Shown: piece by piece, positions 60,056 to 64,000 of the stretch
How the letters are laid out: every line of letters starts with the position of its first letter
Position numbering within the stretch: position 1 is the first letter of the stretch
NCBI RefSeq assembly: GCF_964355755.1
Contig: NC_092670.1
Coordinates: 37,436,388 to 37,500,387, forward strand
Length of the DNA: 64,000 bases
Source: Antedon mediterranea
Taxonomy: Eukaryota > Animalia > Echinodermata
Direction of reading: 5' to 3'
The notes under the pieces: generated by a model
Database searches by the model: none
What the model was told of the DNA's origin: nothing
Seen by the model: the letters and a program-made list of their open reading frames with translations, nothing else
Translations under genes and position numbers: made by a program

Positions 60056-63000
60056 GTAATATCTTACAGAGGATTGCCAAATTTGGACTGTTTTGCTGAT
60101 ATATAGAAACTGCGTTGAAATCTGGTGTAAATCGCGTAACTTACTTTCCATGTTTCCATTCCGCAAGGCATAGGCAAACACAAATGGCACTCTTCACCCA
60201 TGTTTTGTTTACCATTCTATACAGTGTACATACTCAGGAATGTGCAGTACTTTAGGCCTACAATATCTTTAAAACAAAATTTCCAAACAGGCCTAATACT
60301 GTATGAACTAATTACAGTAGTTTTGATTTTGACTTTATACATAATTGCGAATAATAATTGTTATGCTAATTAAGTTATATGTTGAATCTTCTAAAACATT
60401 ATTGCTTGGCATGCAATGAAGATTTATGATATAATTTGTGCAATTCTATTTGAAACAAATTTATGACTAATATTAGTAACGCAATTTAACAACTTATTTA
60501 AACACATCCAACCACTATTGCATACATTACCAATGCTACCGACTATATAGTAAACCATCATCTTTCCTTATATAATTTACTAAATACATTTTTTTTTAAA
60601 TTAAATAAAATCTGTCATTGTGCAACACCTGTATACTTCGACAAAATAATAACATTAAATGTTTGAACTCTAAAAAAAAACCCTGATTGAAAAATTCTCC
60701 CAATGAGCAAACTTTTCATGCAGAGAATAGGATGGAATGATTTTTTTTCAGAGACATTAGGGACTTGTATGGTATGATTTAAGTCTTCTGTAAGCTGATG
60801 ATGGAGCCAAAGTGTTTTTGTAGATTTTAGGGTCAGAAATCAACTGTTGCTGCAAATATTTCCATTTTTGCATGGTAATAAATCACTTAAAAGTAGAGTA
60901 AAGTTAAGCAAAAATTATTTCATCACCTTTTAGGAACATGACGAACACACCAAGTCTTGTTGGCTTCACAGGTGGACAGACTAAAGTTGTTCTCCTAAAT
61001 ATGTTGATGTTTTTTACAGGTGTTTTTTCATATCATTTGTTCTTCAGAGAAGCAGTTATGTAACCTAATTGTACTCTGCCTTGGCTCAAATATTATATAC
61101 TGTAGGTAGCGGGGTGGGGGAGGGTAGGACTGTCATCAATGTTAGCCTTAACTAGTTATTAACATCTCTTGATTGAAGCTAAAGTTATTCATTTTGTGAA
61201 CCTCTCAACCAGATTCTTGATGAAATGCATGTTTTATCAAATCACTACGTGAGCAAATACAAATTTAGTTTTCATAAATTATTGTATTGTACTTTAAAAA
61301 GTCATAACAATATTTTTTTTAAACTATGCATGAGAAATTTTACTTGTTTCCCTGCACAAAGTATTTTATAAATTATTTAGGAATCTTTAAAAATATGTCA
61401 ACTGCAAAGTTTGTTGACAATACAACAACTTGAAGCTATAATTCTGTTCATATTTGTTTGTTTGGAATTTATATTCAGTGGCGTGTATCTCAAAATCTCT
61501 TGATATTTGTCCAAGTACAGTATGGCTTTGATCAAAGCATTTTTGCATTGAAGCAATTCAGCTCCTCTTAGCAACAACTTTTTTGTTTGTTTATGACCTA
61601 TCTTTCTATCTGCATATTTTCCACAAATTAAAAATGAATCACAACTTGTACTGTAGTAGTAACTGTTGAAAAGTAATTTTGTAAAAATACTTAAAAACAT
61701 TTATGAAGTAGATTATAATTGGTAAATTGAAGTTGATTATAGCTAATTAGTGATAAAAGGTTTCTAAAAAGTAATTTCCCCAGAGGTGGAGTAAAGAGGT
61801 CTGTTTTATTGACATAAAAAGGAAAGGGGTATTTTTTAAGCAATATACTAGAGAAGAACTTGTTTTTCTTTGTAATGTTGAACATCAGAATAGACAGAAG
61901 GGCCTAAACATAGCTTGAGTGGATGAATGAATAGAATGGGTGACCAGGCCTAAGTACAAGAGATCAAAGAAAGGTCTTTTCTTAAAGTTATACCTTCAAG
62001 TTCTACAAAAACGTCTAATTTAGAACTTTGCATTAGTTCAAATTGAAGTGAGTAAAAGGCAAACTTTAGAACGACATCTTGACCTGTTTAAGTAGAATAC
62101 ATGAATTTGAAATTTAGACTTTGCTTTCTGTAAAAGGTTTATTGCAAATAGCCTGCACAACGCATGGTGGGATAGATTTGGAAACAAACGATTTGTTGTT
62201 TGGACGTACACATAGTGACGTTTGCTTTCAAACCCTTCCCATCGTGCATTGTGCAATGATGTTCGTTCGAAATCAAACTATTTGTGATAAACCTTAACCT
62301 CGGCATTTGTTATTAATTAGTAGATGGTGGTAATAATTGTCACAAGCAAGTTGTGCTTTAAAGCAACACAATGTGGTGGTACTGTACACTTTATATTTAT
62401 GATGAGGGTACGGTATATTATTACTAATATGCCAGGTCGGCCTGAATCATCAAGTTTAGGATAATGCTAAGATCATTTCCTTCCCAATATTACTAATCCA
62501 ACCGAATTTACTTTCTATACTACTTGAGTTTTGTGTTTTTTTTTTTAACTCTAAAAAACTTTATTTCAAGTCATTCTTTCTATTTCAATTTGTGAATAAA
62601 TAGATTTCTTTTGGTTGTACAATCGCCAAGAAATTAATTACATAAGTTTAAAGGAAGTACAGGCTTAAATCATCAATCATGTTCACTTTAGAAAGGACTT
62701 CCAATTTATTTTTAGAATTTTAATAATAATGAATATAAAATTATTTTATTTATCACATAATAACAAATAATAGTAATTTACTGTATGTATGATTTAAAAA
62801 ATGATGAACTGTGGGCTCAAGAAAGAAAATAAGTTTGAGATCCCAGATTTAATTAATAAAATCTATATAATTTTCTTTTATTTATAGTAAAACTATTACT
62901 GCATTAACAATAACTGATTTTAACTGTATCAAATACGGTACAGTAGTTCTACCACACAACTAATTACAGTTAGCTACATGTAGAATATATTTAGAACCTT

Positions 63001-64000
63001 ATTGAATACTGTATTCTGGTATCCTACTGGAAAGTGACATATACAGTATTCCTGATTTAGGTTCATCAAAAGTCATTCAAGTATACAAGTTTGTTTACTA
63101 AAATGATCAGTACATAGACCACCACTTGTAGCCTAAGGTACTTTGACAGTGGTAAGATTCCCAGGTAGATAATAATCATATCTGCAAAAGATTTCAGTCT
63201 CCACCAAAACAGAAAACTTTGACCCAAGGTACTAAAGGCTTCCTGATATTTGTAAAAAAAAGTGATGTAGGCCTATTAATGGTACTGTGAGTTTTATATA
63301 CTTGGTACAATTGTGTAAGTTTGTTTTTAATTAAATTTTCTTTTCAACATTCTTCTTTGGTTGTATCCTTGATACTAGTAACTGTACAATAGTACTGAAA
63401 ACACTTTTAAATGCATTGTAAAATATTAAAAACATGCTATAGTTCTTAAGTTGATATTTTTCTGTTTAATTAAAAAGTCTTTTCACCATTCCTCAGGTTG
63501 AAATCTGGGTTAATGTTTTTAACAATCAACAACTTTTAAAAGCATAATAAAACCATGTGTTTAACTTACTGCACATGTTTTCTTTTGTTACTGTCAAATA
63601 TTTTATGATGATGTCATCGTTGGAATTTACGAGGAAACGCTATTGTTATTTCTTTTTAATCTATTGAACTTTTTGTGTAGAAAGAGTTTAGTTAATGATT
63701 AAAGCGATCCCATACACAGTACGCCTGCCAATAACCACAGACATGTGTCTATAATCGTAAAGTATTAGTTATTGAAATGGGTCATAAGACCTGTAATTGC
63801 CACACTGTATTTTATATAGCCTATTTGATATTATCCAGTCGGTTAGTGGACCATTACGGTAACTCACAAACTGGGAAGATGGGCGTCTAATAGCAGACGA
63901 ACGTCCCTCAATCAATTCAAAATAAAAGAATTGACAAGGACTCCAGGTGCCAAGTGTTGTTAAAACTTGAACGTGGTGACAATAGGAACTAACAGGTTGC

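Noticed and set aside
61398-61885. Minus-strand ORFs in the last STK17 intron
   Set aside because: No recognisable motif or consistent splice pattern; may be a decayed repeat.
43340-63100. FoxO-type TGTTTAC sites across STK17 introns
   Set aside because: About 7 seen in ~21 kb, close to what AT-rich composition predicts.

Overview
AT-rich, intron-rich animal DNA, most likely an invertebrate deuterostome (echinoderm-like; this is inferred from the gene sequences and a Deu-domain-like SINE). The ORF track is mostly noise, so genes were rebuilt by hand from GT-AG exons. Gene order: 3' end of an unidentified membrane-protein gene (+); TXNDC5 (-, three CGHC domains, KDEL) head-to-head with ACOX1 (+, SKL); RBM45 (+); BARD1 (-) with an SDR9C/RDH-like gene nested antisense in intron 2; and the 5' part of a DRAK/STK17 kinase (+) head-to-head with BARD1. 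Introns carry many MITEs, SINEs, LINE tails, a foldback element, an Academ-like transposon and tandem arrays. Main observations: (1) the non-coding last exon of RBM45 is packed, on the sense strand, with GAC, the motif RBM45 itself binds, which suggests an autoregulatory 3'UTR platform; (2) ACOX1 has two 161-nt mutually exclusive exon 3 copies, as in vertebrates; (3) two Penelope-type minimal hammerhead ribozymes, one with a compensatory U3-A8 core; (4) an Academ-like element splits the first unit of an 8 x 89-bp array. Coordinates and motif counts were read by eye and may be off by a few bases.
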